From a bacterium UBP14_UBA6098 (GTDB taxonomy: Bacteria; UBP14; UBA6098): 64,000 bases of DNA. This document shows positions 37,765 to 45,866 of this stretch, in pieces. The stretch lies in assembly GCA_002428525.1 (NCBI GenBank), contig DIWU01000014.1, forward strand, positions 16,637 to 80,636, given 5' to 3'. The translations under genes and the position numbers were made by a program. The notes below the pieces were generated by a model. That model was not told the DNA's origin, made no database searches, and saw only the letters and a program-made list of their open reading frames with translations. Within the stretch, counting starts at the first letter, position 1, and every line of letters starts with the position of its first letter.

Positions 37765-38152
37765 AATATACAAAAAAATCGCACGCGAAAACTCCGGTTT
37801 CACTATGCTCGAGGTGATGGTCGCAATCTCGATCACCGCGATCATTATGTCGTTCATCGGTATGTCTCTGGTCACCGCCGCGCGCATGAACACACTCAGC
37901 GAATCGCAGAACACAGCTATCAACCTCGCCGAGGAGAAGGTCGAACAGCTCCGAAGGTTCAGCTTCACAAATATTTCGAGCGGCGCGGACACGGTCGGCG
38001 AGTTCATCCGCGAATGGACTGTTATCGACAATATGGCCAAGCCGAGGATTAAGAATGTCGAGTTAAAGGTCAGCTGGCCGGATTCCAAAGACAATATTCA
38101 CGATGTCACGATTAACACTATCTTCTACCGCAATGCCTATCCATATAGATAA
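37739..38152 (+). CDS. prepilin-type minor pilin/pseudopilin (PilV/GspI-like)
   Basis: SG|FTMLEVMVAISITAII motif. The leader is long if the ATG at 37739 is used. An alternative GTG at 37757 gives a 14-aa leader. Confidence 0.65.
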   Translation: MRPEVQVLRIYKKIARENSGFTMLEVMVAISITAIIMSFIGMSLVTAARMNTLSESQNTAINLAEEKVEQLRRFSFTNISSGADTVGEFIREWTVIDNMAKPRIKNVELKVSWPDSKDNIHDVTINTIFYRNAYPYR

Positions 38153-39011
38153 TAAAGGCGTCACGCTCATCGAGCTTATGATAGCCATGGTCATCGGATC
38201 GATCATCATGGCCTCGCTTATCGGTATTATCTCAAGCCAACGCAAGGGATATATCACGCAACAAGCCCGCGCAGAGGCCGAAGAATCGGTCTCTCGCGTC
38301 CACGGCGAACTGCTCGACAAGATCCGCATGGCCGGCTATATGATACCAAACACCGTTCTAGCGATTACCCCCTACTACTCCGCAACCGGCTCCGACTCCA
38401 TACGCGTCGCGGGAAACTACGATAAATTCGCGGTGACAGCCGGACTGACTATCTCCGCGGGCGCGAGTTACTTTTTCGCCTACGATTCCGACGATTTTAA
38501 ATATACAAAAGGCATGAAGATCATGCTCGTCAGCCCTCCAGACGAGTTCGTCGATACATTCTGGGCTGAAGTCGATACCTTCTACCGCTTCACAATATTC
38601 ACAAAAAAATACCTTCAGATTAATCTGAAAAATATCATCCCGAAAACCTTCCCGATCGGAAGCAGAATAAGCACCTTCAATCATTACACTTTCAGGGTCG
38701 CACAAACAGTCTCAGGGGGCGACACAATTAAATACTTCGCAGTCCGCCCAAACAACCAGACAAGCCTCATCCGACTCGTCGATGGAGTTGACGATATCGC
38801 GATTTCCTATGAAACACGCACCGACACATTGAAAATGAACACCTTCCCCGCGAATTCACTCGAGTTCGTCTATGCCGTCAACCTCGATGTTCAGTCTCGA
38901 TCGAGGATCAAAGATAGAACCTATACCGACCCGATTTACAACGACCACTACCGGCGATCCCGACTCAACACGCAAATCGTAATACTGAATCTCGCGCTCG
39001 ACAAACGATAA
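38136..39011 (+). CDS. prepilin-type minor pilin/pseudopilin (PilW/GspJ-like)
   Basis: KG|VTLIELMIAMVIGSIIM N-terminus and a ~290-aa beta-rich body. Confidence 0.6.
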   Translation, partial: PIHIDNKGVTLIELMIAMVIGSIIMASLIGIISSQRKGYITQQARAEAEESVSRVHGELLDKIRMAGYMIPNTVLAITPYYSATGSDSIRVAGNYDKFAVTAGLTISAGASYFFAYDSDDFKYTKGMKIMLVSPPDEFVDTFWAEVDTFYRFTIFTKKYLQINLKNIIPKTFPIGSRISTFNHYTFRVAQTVSGGDTIKYFAVRPNNQTSLIRLVDGVDDIAISYETRTDTLKMNTFPANSLEFVYAVNLDVQSRSRIKDRTYTDPIYNDHYRRSRLNTQIVILNLALDKR

Positions 39012-39020
39012 GGGGGCACC

Positions 39021-39446
39021 TTGCAGGGAAACCGAAAAAATATCATTCTCGGAGTGATTTCGATTATCTGCCTCGTCGCGCTGGTAATCATAATTTTCCG
39101 TAGCGGAAAGCCGGTCGAGGTCGAATACACCGGCCGCCAGATCGGAACCGAAGCCTCCGCCGAGAGCGAGCTTTCCGAGGAACAAGTCAAGGCCCTCGCC
39201 GCGAAACTCCCCCCCGAAGAACCCGCGACGCGCAAGCCCTCTGCGCTTTACCCCGACGAAAGACCAAACCCCAAGACGGCCAATAGCGAAATAGCCAAAA
39301 TCCAAGCCGAGGCGGTTAAAAAAAACAGAGAATCGGCGATGGCCTCAAGAAACACATCGACCCAAAGTCTTAGCCCCGAAGAAAAAGCAAGGCTCGATCA
39401 AATCCGCGAAATGCGCAAAAAACAAGCCGAAAAGAAAAAAAGATAA
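39021..39446 (+). CDS. hypothetical small membrane-anchored, Lys/Glu-rich protein (pilin-operon member)
   Basis: One N-terminal TM helix (ILGVISIICLVALVIIIF) followed by a charged low-complexity tail. Confidence 0.4.
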   Translation: MQGNRKNIILGVISIICLVALVIIIFRSGKPVEVEYTGRQIGTEASAESELSEEQVKALAAKLPPEEPATRKPSALYPDERPNPKTANSEIAKIQAEAVKKNRESAMASRNTSTQSLSPEEKARLDQIREMRKKQAEKKKR

Positions 39447-39458
39447 TCGGGTGAAATT

Positions 39459-41195
39459 ATGAAGTCATTCAGAAAAACCATCGGAAACAACCGCGGTAGC
39501 GTGATGCTTATCGTCATTATGGTGGTTATCATCATCTCGATTATCTCCCTCTTGGTCCTCGCCGCAAGCCAATATAACACAAAACTTACCGCGAACGAAC
39601 GTCACCGCAAACGCGCCTTCTATATCGCCGAATCCGGCGCGATGATGGCCATCGACTCCCTGAACCGAAACGACCAAATCAATGGCGTTATCTACACAAA
39701 CGAACCTATGGATGGTGGAACATTCTCGGTAGAGGTTTACGATTCATCGAATTTCGCTTGGCTTGCACAAGATGAACGCTTGATCCGCTCCTTAGGCGTC
39801 TCCCGAAATGCGGTGCGTCGGCTCGAGTATGTCGTGAAGTTCGCGGTTATGGGATACGACCAAATACCCGGACCGCTTTATATCGAAGCCCCGACTCCCC
39901 ATTTTGCAGGCAATGTTTTCACAGTTCAAGGCGGAGACCACCACTGGGGCGATGCAATTTATAATATCCCCGTCCCCCCGGGCGACCACCGCCGGTCGGT
40001 TGCCACGATCCACGATTCATCGAGCATTATTTCCGCAATAGGCTCCCATAGCGATCAAATTTTCACTGTAGATGCCGCAGGGAATTATATAGAGGGCTCT
40101 GTCTGGCCTAACCGCGATACCCTCGACCTCGAGGCCCTCGCCGCGGCCTTCGCCGGCGAGCACGGCGAGCTTGCCGATACTATCGGATGGGTCATAGGCG
40201 CTTTCCCGAACGACTACAAAGTCAGCTACCTCGATGGAGATTTTACCATCGCCGGCGGTGGCCATACACCCTCTGGTGGTAGTGGACTATACACATGCCC
40301 GAATTGCGAGGGAACAGGCATTATCAACTGCTGGGGGTGTCAAGGAACCGGTTACGAATGGCTGGCTCGCGATTGCCCTAACTGCCTCGGCACAGGGAAA
40401 GTGGGTTGTGCTACTTGCGACAGCTTGGGCTATTTCACTTGCCCCGACTGCGGAGGCACCGGCGGCACTCCGGTCGCGTGCGATAGTTGCCTCGGCTCGG
40501 GAATCTACGGCTGTCTTGTTTGCGATGGAACCGGCGTTTGCCCGATCTGCAATGGAACTGGCATTTCGAAAACAGCTGGCGGTAACTATTGGTCTTGCTA
40601 CCGTTGCGGCGACGGCCAGAAAAACGGTGTCGTCGGAACAGGGCTTTGCCCCGATTGCGGCGGAACGGGTGGAATCCCTTGCCCCTATTGTAGCGGAACC
40701 GGTGTCGATCCATCCTCCGGTTGTGCGACCTGCGGCGGAACAGGGATTATTCCCTGTTCGGATTGCGCAGGCACAGGGAAAATCGACTGTCCGGTTTGCG
40801 GAGGAACGGGAGGAATCGGCTCGGACAGAATATGTCATGTTTGCAACGGAACCGGCACACAAGTTTGCCCATGGTGCATCGGCTCGGGCCTTGTGAGTGA
40901 AGAGGGCGGTGGTCACGGAGCGAAGGGCACTCTCGGAGCGGGCGTCCTCGTCGTCACGGGGAATCTCCATATCTCCGGTCAGTTCGAATTCTCGGGCCTC
41001 ATCATAGTTCTCGGCGAGGTCTCGGTAGATATCACCGGCGGCGGCCAAGGAGTGCATATATGGGGCTCTCTGCTCTGTAAGTCGGTCGATTTCAAAATAG
41101 CCGGAAACGCCGATATCTGCTGGTGCAGAGAAGCCCTCGAGATGCTTCCTACCAGACCCGCGGGTTTCCAAGTCATGTCCGTGATGGAGTATTAG
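39459..41195 (+). CDS. PilX_N/GspK-like pilus-tip-type protein with array of 16 CxxC motifs, 13 of them DnaJ-type CxxCxG[TS]G (putative Zn/disulfide module)
   Basis: N-terminus NNRGSVMLIVIMVVIIISIISLLVLAASQYNTKLTANERHRKRAFYIAESGAMMA matches the PilX N-terminal domain pattern. Residues ~275-480 carry 16 CxxC motifs, 13 of which are followed by xG[TS]G (CPNCEGTG, CWGCQGTG, CPDCGGTG and others). Confidence 0.7.
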   Translation: MKSFRKTIGNNRGSVMLIVIMVVIIISIISLLVLAASQYNTKLTANERHRKRAFYIAESGAMMAIDSLNRNDQINGVIYTNEPMDGGTFSVEVYDSSNFAWLAQDERLIRSLGVSRNAVRRLEYVVKFAVMGYDQIPGPLYIEAPTPHFAGNVFTVQGGDHHWGDAIYNIPVPPGDHRRSVATIHDSSSIISAIGSHSDQIFTVDAAGNYIEGSVWPNRDTLDLEALAAAFAGEHGELADTIGWVIGAFPNDYKVSYLDGDFTIAGGGHTPSGGSGLYTCPNCEGTGIINCWGCQGTGYEWLARDCPNCLGTGKVGCATCDSLGYFTCPDCGGTGGTPVACDSCLGSGIYGCLVCDGTGVCPICNGTGISKTAGGNYWSCYRCGDGQKNGVVGTGLCPDCGGTGGIPCPYCSGTGVDPSSGCATCGGTGIIPCSDCAGTGKIDCPVCGGTGGIGSDRICHVCNGTGTQVCPWCIGSGLVSEEGGGHGAKGTLGAGVLVVTGNLHISGQFEFSGLIIVLGEVSVDITGGGQGVHIWGSLLCKSVDFKIAGNADICWCREALEMLPTRPAGFQVMSVMEY

Positions 41196-41252
41196 GAAGG
41201 TTATAGGGGTTAGGTTATGGGTGCTGGGTTATAGGTTATAGGCATTACCCTA

Positions 41253-41281
41253 GGGGCGTATTGAATACGCCCTTTTTATTG
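41253..41281 (+). terminator. Rho-independent terminator (first hairpin of array, after pilin operon)
   Basis: GGGCGTAT-TGAA-ATACGCCC followed by CTTTTTATT. Confidence 0.6.
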
Positions 41282-41505
41282 GCAAATTGCCGTAGGGTTA
41301 TGGGTGCTGGGTTATAGGTTATGGGCATTACACTAAGGCGCTTAGGAAAGCGCCAACAAGCCTCTGCCGTCATTGCGAGAAGGGCGAAGCCCGACGAAGC
41401 AATCTGTTCCGATGAGGGGGGGTAAAAGGTAAAGGGTAAAAGCTGAAAGGCTTTACACGAGTGCGCTTATGAAAGCGCTTATTACCCACAGCATGCAAAT
41501 CCGTA

Positions 41506-41538
41506 GGGGCCGGTCTCGCGCCGGCCCTTTATTTTTCC
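41506..41538 (+). terminator. Rho-independent terminator (fourth hairpin of array)
   Basis: GGGCCGG-TCTCGCG-CCGGCCC followed by TTTATTTTTCC. Confidence 0.55.
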
Positions 41539-41768
41539 GTAGGGTCGAGGCCTGCCTCGACCACTTTGTTAGGTTATTGGTCTTGGGTTATGGGTTTTAC
41601 ACGAAGGGCGCGGGGAGCGCCCTTTATAACGAAGGCGTATCGAAACGACCGCCTCGCGAATATGGCTTCTATACCGGCTAAAACCCCACTCAGCCAAAGG
41701 TCTCAGGTCGTTTAGCAAAATCGAAACGCCGGTAGTTATTGCTTTTCGGATTTAGTTCAGCCAGAGAT

Positions 41769-44243
41769 TTATTTCGCCGCGCTCTCGGCCTCTTCCTCTT
41801 GGATCTCGTCGGTTTGAACCGCGGTGAAACTCAGTTCCGAGCCGTTCTCCGCGATATCGATCTGAACCACCGAGTTCCATGGGATAGTCCCCTCGACGAT
41901 CTTCGTCGAAATCGGATCCTCGATATACTGCTGAATAGCCTTTTTAAGCGGCCTCGCGCCCAAATTCGGATCGAAGCCCTTCCGCGCGATGAACATGCGC
42001 GCCGCGTCCTTGACATCGAGAACCATATTCCTATGACGCACGCGGCGGTTGACCTCGGCGATCTCGAGCGAGACAATCCTCTCGATCGCCGCAAAATCGA
42101 GCGGCTTGAAAACGACGATCTTGTCGATTCGGTTTAAAAACTCCGGGCGCATCGTCGACTTCAACTCGCGGAGCATATCGCGCTCCATCCCCTCGATATC
42201 GACGACATTATCCTTGGCGTCGAAGCCAAGCTGGCTGGAGATTAGGTGCTTGGTGCCGATATTCGAGGTCATGATAACGATTGTGTTTTTAAAGCTGACC
42301 CTTCGGCCGAAGCTGTCGGTGAGGATGCCGTCGTCGAGCACCTGAAGCAGGATTCCGAAGACCTCGGGGTGCGCCTTCTCGATCTCATCGAAAAGCACGA
42401 CACTGTAGGGGTGGCGGCGAACACTCTCGGTGAGGGTTCCACCCTCGTCATAACCGACATAACCGGGAGGCGCTCCGACCAGCCTGCTAACCGAGAATTT
42501 TTCCATATACTCGGACATATCGACACGAATGAGCGCCTCATCCGTTCCGAAAAGGAACTTCGTGATGATACGCGCCATATGCGTCTTCCCGACACCGCTG
42601 GGGCCCATGAACATGAAGCTTCCGACAGGCCTGTCCGGGTTGCCGAGACCGGCTCTGCTCCTGCGAATCGCCGATGAAACCGCATCGATGGCCTGATCTT
42701 GACCGATAAGCTCTCTCCCGAGGGTTTTTTCCATCTCGATAAGGCGCTTTGCGTCGTCCTTGCCTATCTCGGCGATGGGGATCCCCGTCATTCGGCTCGC
42801 TACCTTGGCAATATCGGCGGCGTTGACCGAGGGGCGGTTCTCCTCGCGTTGGCGGTGCCATTCCTCCTCTTCGCGGTTGAAACGAAGCTTCATCTCGCGA
42901 ATCTCGTCGCGAAGCTTGGCCGCGCGCTCGAATTCTTGGCTCGCAATCGCGGCCTCTTTGGCGCGTTCGACCTCGGCGATCTCCAGCTCGAGGTTAATTA
43001 AAAACTCGGGCTTGACATAACCCGCGAGGTTGACCATTGCGCCGGCCTCGTCGAGCAGATCGATGGATTTGTCCGGTTGATATCTGCCCTGAACGAATCT
43101 GTCCGAGTAGCGAACCGAGGCCTCGATCGCATCGTCGGTGATCTCGACCTTGTGGTGGTCTTCGTATTTTTTTCGAAGGCCGAGCAGTATCTCGATGGTT
43201 TCTTTCGAGCCGGGGGGATCGACCGTGACAGTTTGGAACCTGCGCTCGAGAGCGCCGTCCTTTTCGATATACTTGCGATATTCTTCGAGGGTTGTCGCGC
43301 CGATACATTGGAGTTCGCCATTGGCGAGCATGGGCTTGAGTATATTCGATGCGTCGAGGGCGCCCTCCGCGCCGCCGGCGCCTACTATCGTGTGGATTTC
43401 GTCGATGAAGAGGATAATCTTGGAGTCGCCGACGATCTCGTCGAGGACAGCCTTGATGCGCTCCTCGAACTGCCCGCGGTATTTCGTCCCCGCGACGAGG
43501 CCGGCCAAATCGAGGCTGACAATCCGCTTCGCTTGGAGCAGATACGGAACTTCCTTGAGAATAATCCTCTGCGCCAAACCCTCGACTATCGCGGTTTTGC
43601 CGACTCCCGGCTCGCCGATAAGCACAGGGTTGTTCTTCTTTCTGCGGCATAAAATCTGCGCAAGCCGCTCGATCTCCTTCTCGCGCCCGATAACCGGATC
43701 CAATCGCCCCTTAACTGCCAACTCGGTGACATCCCTGCCAAAATGGTCGAGCGAAGGGGTTTTCCCCGAGCCGGTGTTTTCCTTAGCCGGACGATCCTTC
43801 AGGCCGCCCGAGTTAAGATCGCCCAATATCCTGATCGCCTCGGAATAGGTAACATCATACATCATAAGGACTTGAGCGGCTAAAGACTTACCCTCTTTTA
43901 GCATGGCCAATAAAAGATGCTCTGTGCCAACCCTGCTCGAGTTCGTGTTTCGGGACTCGATCGCGGATTGCTCGATCGCCTTGTTCGCACGGGCGGTCAT
44001 AATGATATGCCCAAGAAAATAGGTCGATTCGCCGGCGTCGAGCATGTCCTCGATGGTCTTGCGAATATCCATCGGCTCGATCCGCGCCGCCCTGATTATC
44101 GAAATCGCGCCGCCCTCTCCCTCGCGAATAATCCCCAAAAGCAGATGCTCCGTTCCAATATAGGAATGCCCGAGCCGCGCGGCCTCCTCGCGGGCGAATT
44201 GAAGAATCTTCTTGAATCTATCCGAGTATGGGCTGTTTATCAT
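41769..44243 (-). CDS. clpC: ATP-dependent Clp protease ATP-binding subunit ClpC/ClpA-type (two AAA+ modules, Clp_N repeats)
   Basis: Two N-terminal Clp_N repeats, Walker A motifs GEPGVGKT and GPSGVGKT, and an NBD1-middle-NBD2 architecture. 824 aa. Confidence 0.85.
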   Translation of the reverse strand: MINSPYSDRFKKILQFAREEAARLGHSYIGTEHLLLGIIREGEGGAISIIRAARIEPMDIRKTIEDMLDAGESTYFLGHIIMTARANKAIEQSAIESRNTNSSRVGTEHLLLAMLKEGKSLAAQVLMMYDVTYSEAIRILGDLNSGGLKDRPAKENTGSGKTPSLDHFGRDVTELAVKGRLDPVIGREKEIERLAQILCRRKKNNPVLIGEPGVGKTAIVEGLAQRIILKEVPYLLQAKRIVSLDLAGLVAGTKYRGQFEERIKAVLDEIVGDSKIILFIDEIHTIVGAGGAEGALDASNILKPMLANGELQCIGATTLEEYRKYIEKDGALERRFQTVTVDPPGSKETIEILLGLRKKYEDHHKVEITDDAIEASVRYSDRFVQGRYQPDKSIDLLDEAGAMVNLAGYVKPEFLINLELEIAEVERAKEAAIASQEFERAAKLRDEIREMKLRFNREEEEWHRQREENRPSVNAADIAKVASRMTGIPIAEIGKDDAKRLIEMEKTLGRELIGQDQAIDAVSSAIRRSRAGLGNPDRPVGSFMFMGPSGVGKTHMARIITKFLFGTDEALIRVDMSEYMEKFSVSRLVGAPPGYVGYDEGGTLTESVRRHPYSVVLFDEIEKAHPEVFGILLQVLDDGILTDSFGRRVSFKNTIVIMTSNIGTKHLISSQLGFDAKDNVVDIEGMERDMLRELKSTMRPEFLNRIDKIVVFKPLDFAAIERIVSLEIAEVNRRVRHRNMVLDVKDAARMFIARKGFDPNLGARPLKKAIQQYIEDPISTKIVEGTIPWNSVVQIDIAENGSELSFTAVQTDEIQEEEAESAAK

Positions 44244-44295
44244 AATATGTTTCCTCCGAATACTTATTCTCGCATTCGATTCTGCACGAGATGAT

Positions 44296-44336
44296 GCAGT
44301 TTTAGTATAAATATCTAAATTACTTATGTCAATAGA
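44296..44336 (-). promoter_or_regulatory. sigma70-like promoter for clpC (TTGACA-17-TATACT)
   Basis: On the minus strand: TTGACATAAGTAATTTAGATATTTATACT, ~70 nt upstream of the clpC ATG. Confidence 0.4.
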
Positions 44337-44369
44337 AACAGGCTAAAATCGCGAGATTCCCCCGCGCAC

Positions 44370-44495
44370 CGGGCGGCGTCGGGCCGCGAATCGCGGCGGG
44401 GCGTGGCGCGCATTCGATAGCGGTTTATACATCTATTTCAGCGCGCGCCGCGCCCCCGGCGACCTGCCGAGGGCGGGTCGCACCGACGCCGCCCG
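44370..44495. repeat. REP/MITE-like palindromic intergenic element (copy 4)
   Basis: Perfect 13-bp IR CGGGCGGCGTCGG...CCGACGCCGCCCG ~100 nt apart. Nested hairpins GCCGCGAATCGCGGC and GGCGCGC...GCGCGCC. Confidence 0.55.
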
Positions 44496-44511
44496 AGCAT
44501 TGTCGAAATAA

Positions 44512-44545
44512 AAGGGCACCTCTCGCGAGATGCCCTTAACTTAGC
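44512..44545 (-). terminator. Rho-independent terminator downstream of pta
   Basis: AAGGGCACCTCTCGCGAGATGCCCTT hairpin immediately 3' of the pta stop. The plus strand shows an A-run, which reads as a T-tract on the minus strand. Confidence 0.5.
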
Positions 44546-44558
44546 GGATCAATTTGAG

Positions 44559-45545
44559 TTATGCTATAAGAAGCCCGATAGCGGCGACATTGACGATATC
44601 GTCAACGGAGCAACCGCGGGAGAGATCGTTCGCCGGTTTGGCGAGGCCCTGAATGAAGGGGCCGACCGCCTCGGCGCCGGCGAGGCGCTGAGTCAGCTTG
44701 TAACCGATATTTCCGGCATCGAGATCGGGGAAGACGAGGACATTAGCCTTGCCGGCGACCTCGCTACCGGGCGCTTTCGAAGCGCCAATCTTCTCGATGA
44801 GCGCCGCATCGGCCTGAAGCTCGCCATCGACCTTGAGATCCGGGCGGAGCTTTTTAACAATCTCGAGTGCGGCGAGGACCTTGTCGATGTCCTCGTGTTT
44901 GCTACTGCACTTCGTCGAGAAGCTGAGCATTGCAACATAAGGCTCGATGCCGAGGAGCTTCTTTGAATTGTCGGCGCTGGCTATCGCGATAGAGGCGAGT
45001 TGCTCGGGGTCGGGGTTCGGGATGACCGCACAATCTGCGAATATTATCGGATATTCTTTTTGACCGCGGAATTCGGGCATAACCATAATGAAATAGCTCG
45101 AAACAGCCTTGATCCCCTCGGCGACTCCGACAACCTGAAGCGCGGCCTTGAGGACATTGCCGGTGGAGTTCTTAGCGCCGGCGATATTGGCATCGACAAT
45201 CCCCTTGCGAAGCATCATCGCGCCCCAGAAAAGCGGGTCGAGCATTGTCTCGCGGGCCTGCTCGATCGTCACGCCCTTGTGTGCGCGGAGTCTGTGAAAT
45301 TCCGCGGCGAACTCCTCGTGACCGGCCGCGCCCGGTTCCACGATTTTCGCAAGCGATATATCGGCGCCCTCGCTTCGAGCCAGCTCATGAACCGCCTCCG
45401 GTTTCCCAACGATAAATACTTCACAGATCTTATTCTTTGTCAATATCTCGGCGGCATGCATCATCCGCGGCTCATCGCCCTCCGGAAGAACAACCTTGCC
45501 GCCCTTGGCCTTAGCTCTCGCCTTGAAATCTTCGAGCATTTTCAT
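44559..45545 (-). CDS. pta: phosphate acetyltransferase
   Basis: Pta core only (~330 aa) with motifs [17 protein letters not shown] and ADALI...[12 protein letters not shown]. Confidence 0.85.
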   Translation of the reverse strand: MKMLEDFKARAKAKGGKVVLPEGDEPRMMHAAEILTKNKICEVFIVGKPEAVHELARSEGADISLAKIVEPGAAGHEEFAAEFHRLRAHKGVTIEQARETMLDPLFWGAMMLRKGIVDANIAGAKNSTGNVLKAALQVVGVAEGIKAVSSYFIMVMPEFRGQKEYPIIFADCAVIPNPDPEQLASIAIASADNSKKLLGIEPYVAMLSFSTKCSSKHEDIDKVLAALEIVKKLRPDLKVDGELQADAALIEKIGASKAPGSEVAGKANVLVFPDLDAGNIGYKLTQRLAGAEAVGPFIQGLAKPANDLSRGCSVDDIVNVAAIGLLIA

Positions 45546-45639
45546 AGTGTCGCCCCTTATCTAAATTGCATGTTGATTTGGTCGAATAAATATATTGATA
45601 ATCGTCAAACGCGCAAACAAAATCAGAGCTTTCTTCGCA

Positions 45640-45740
45640 ACCCCGGGCGTCGGCCCGACCGATGGTCGGCGCGAGGCGGCCGATCGAAGATTTCCGCAAA
45701 ACCGACATTTTCTTCGGCCGCCTCGCCGGCGCCGCGCTCA
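45640..45740. repeat. REP/MITE-like palindromic intergenic element (copy 5, partial)
   Basis: CCGGGCGTCGG core at 45643, hairpin CCGACCGATGGTCGG, and a perfect 13-bp IR GCGAGGCGGCCGA...TCGGCCGCCTCGC. Confidence 0.45.
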
Positions 45741-45866
45741 CGACGGCCCTTTCCCCCGCACCGCCGACCACCACGACCGGCAGGCCCTTCAAGCTCGGCC
45801 TCATCATAATCTCGACCGAGGCGAAAAAGGCGTCCATATCGACAAGCATTATCTCGCGTGGCGCGC

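Larger units (their letters stand above)
41196..41760. repeat. intergenic array of >=6 terminator-like GC hairpins interleaved with degenerate GGTTATG/GGTAAAG heptamer repeats and CCGTAGGG motifs
   Basis: A direct repeat GGTTATGGGTGCTGGGTTATAGGTTAT(A/G)GGCATTAC occurs twice. Hairpins GGCGTATTGAATACGCC, GGCGCTTAGGAAAGCGCC, GCGCTTATGAAAGCGC, GGGCCGGTCTCGCGCCGGCCC, GGTCGAGGCCTGCCTCGACC and GGGCGCGGGGAGCGCCC follow. Confidence 0.6.

Noticed and set aside
40287-41171. 294-aa minus-strand ORF antisense to the Cys-array region of the PilX-like gene
   Set aside because: It is a shadow ORF in GC-rich coding DNA. It has no motifs, and the plus-strand frame carries a coherent domain architecture.
41196-41760. 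Possible CRISPR array, because of repeated GGTTATGGGT blocks
   Set aside because: The repeats are degenerate heptamer tracts of unequal length and unequal spacing, separated by unrelated hairpins. There are no uniform 28-37-bp direct repeats with unique spacers, and no cas genes nearby.
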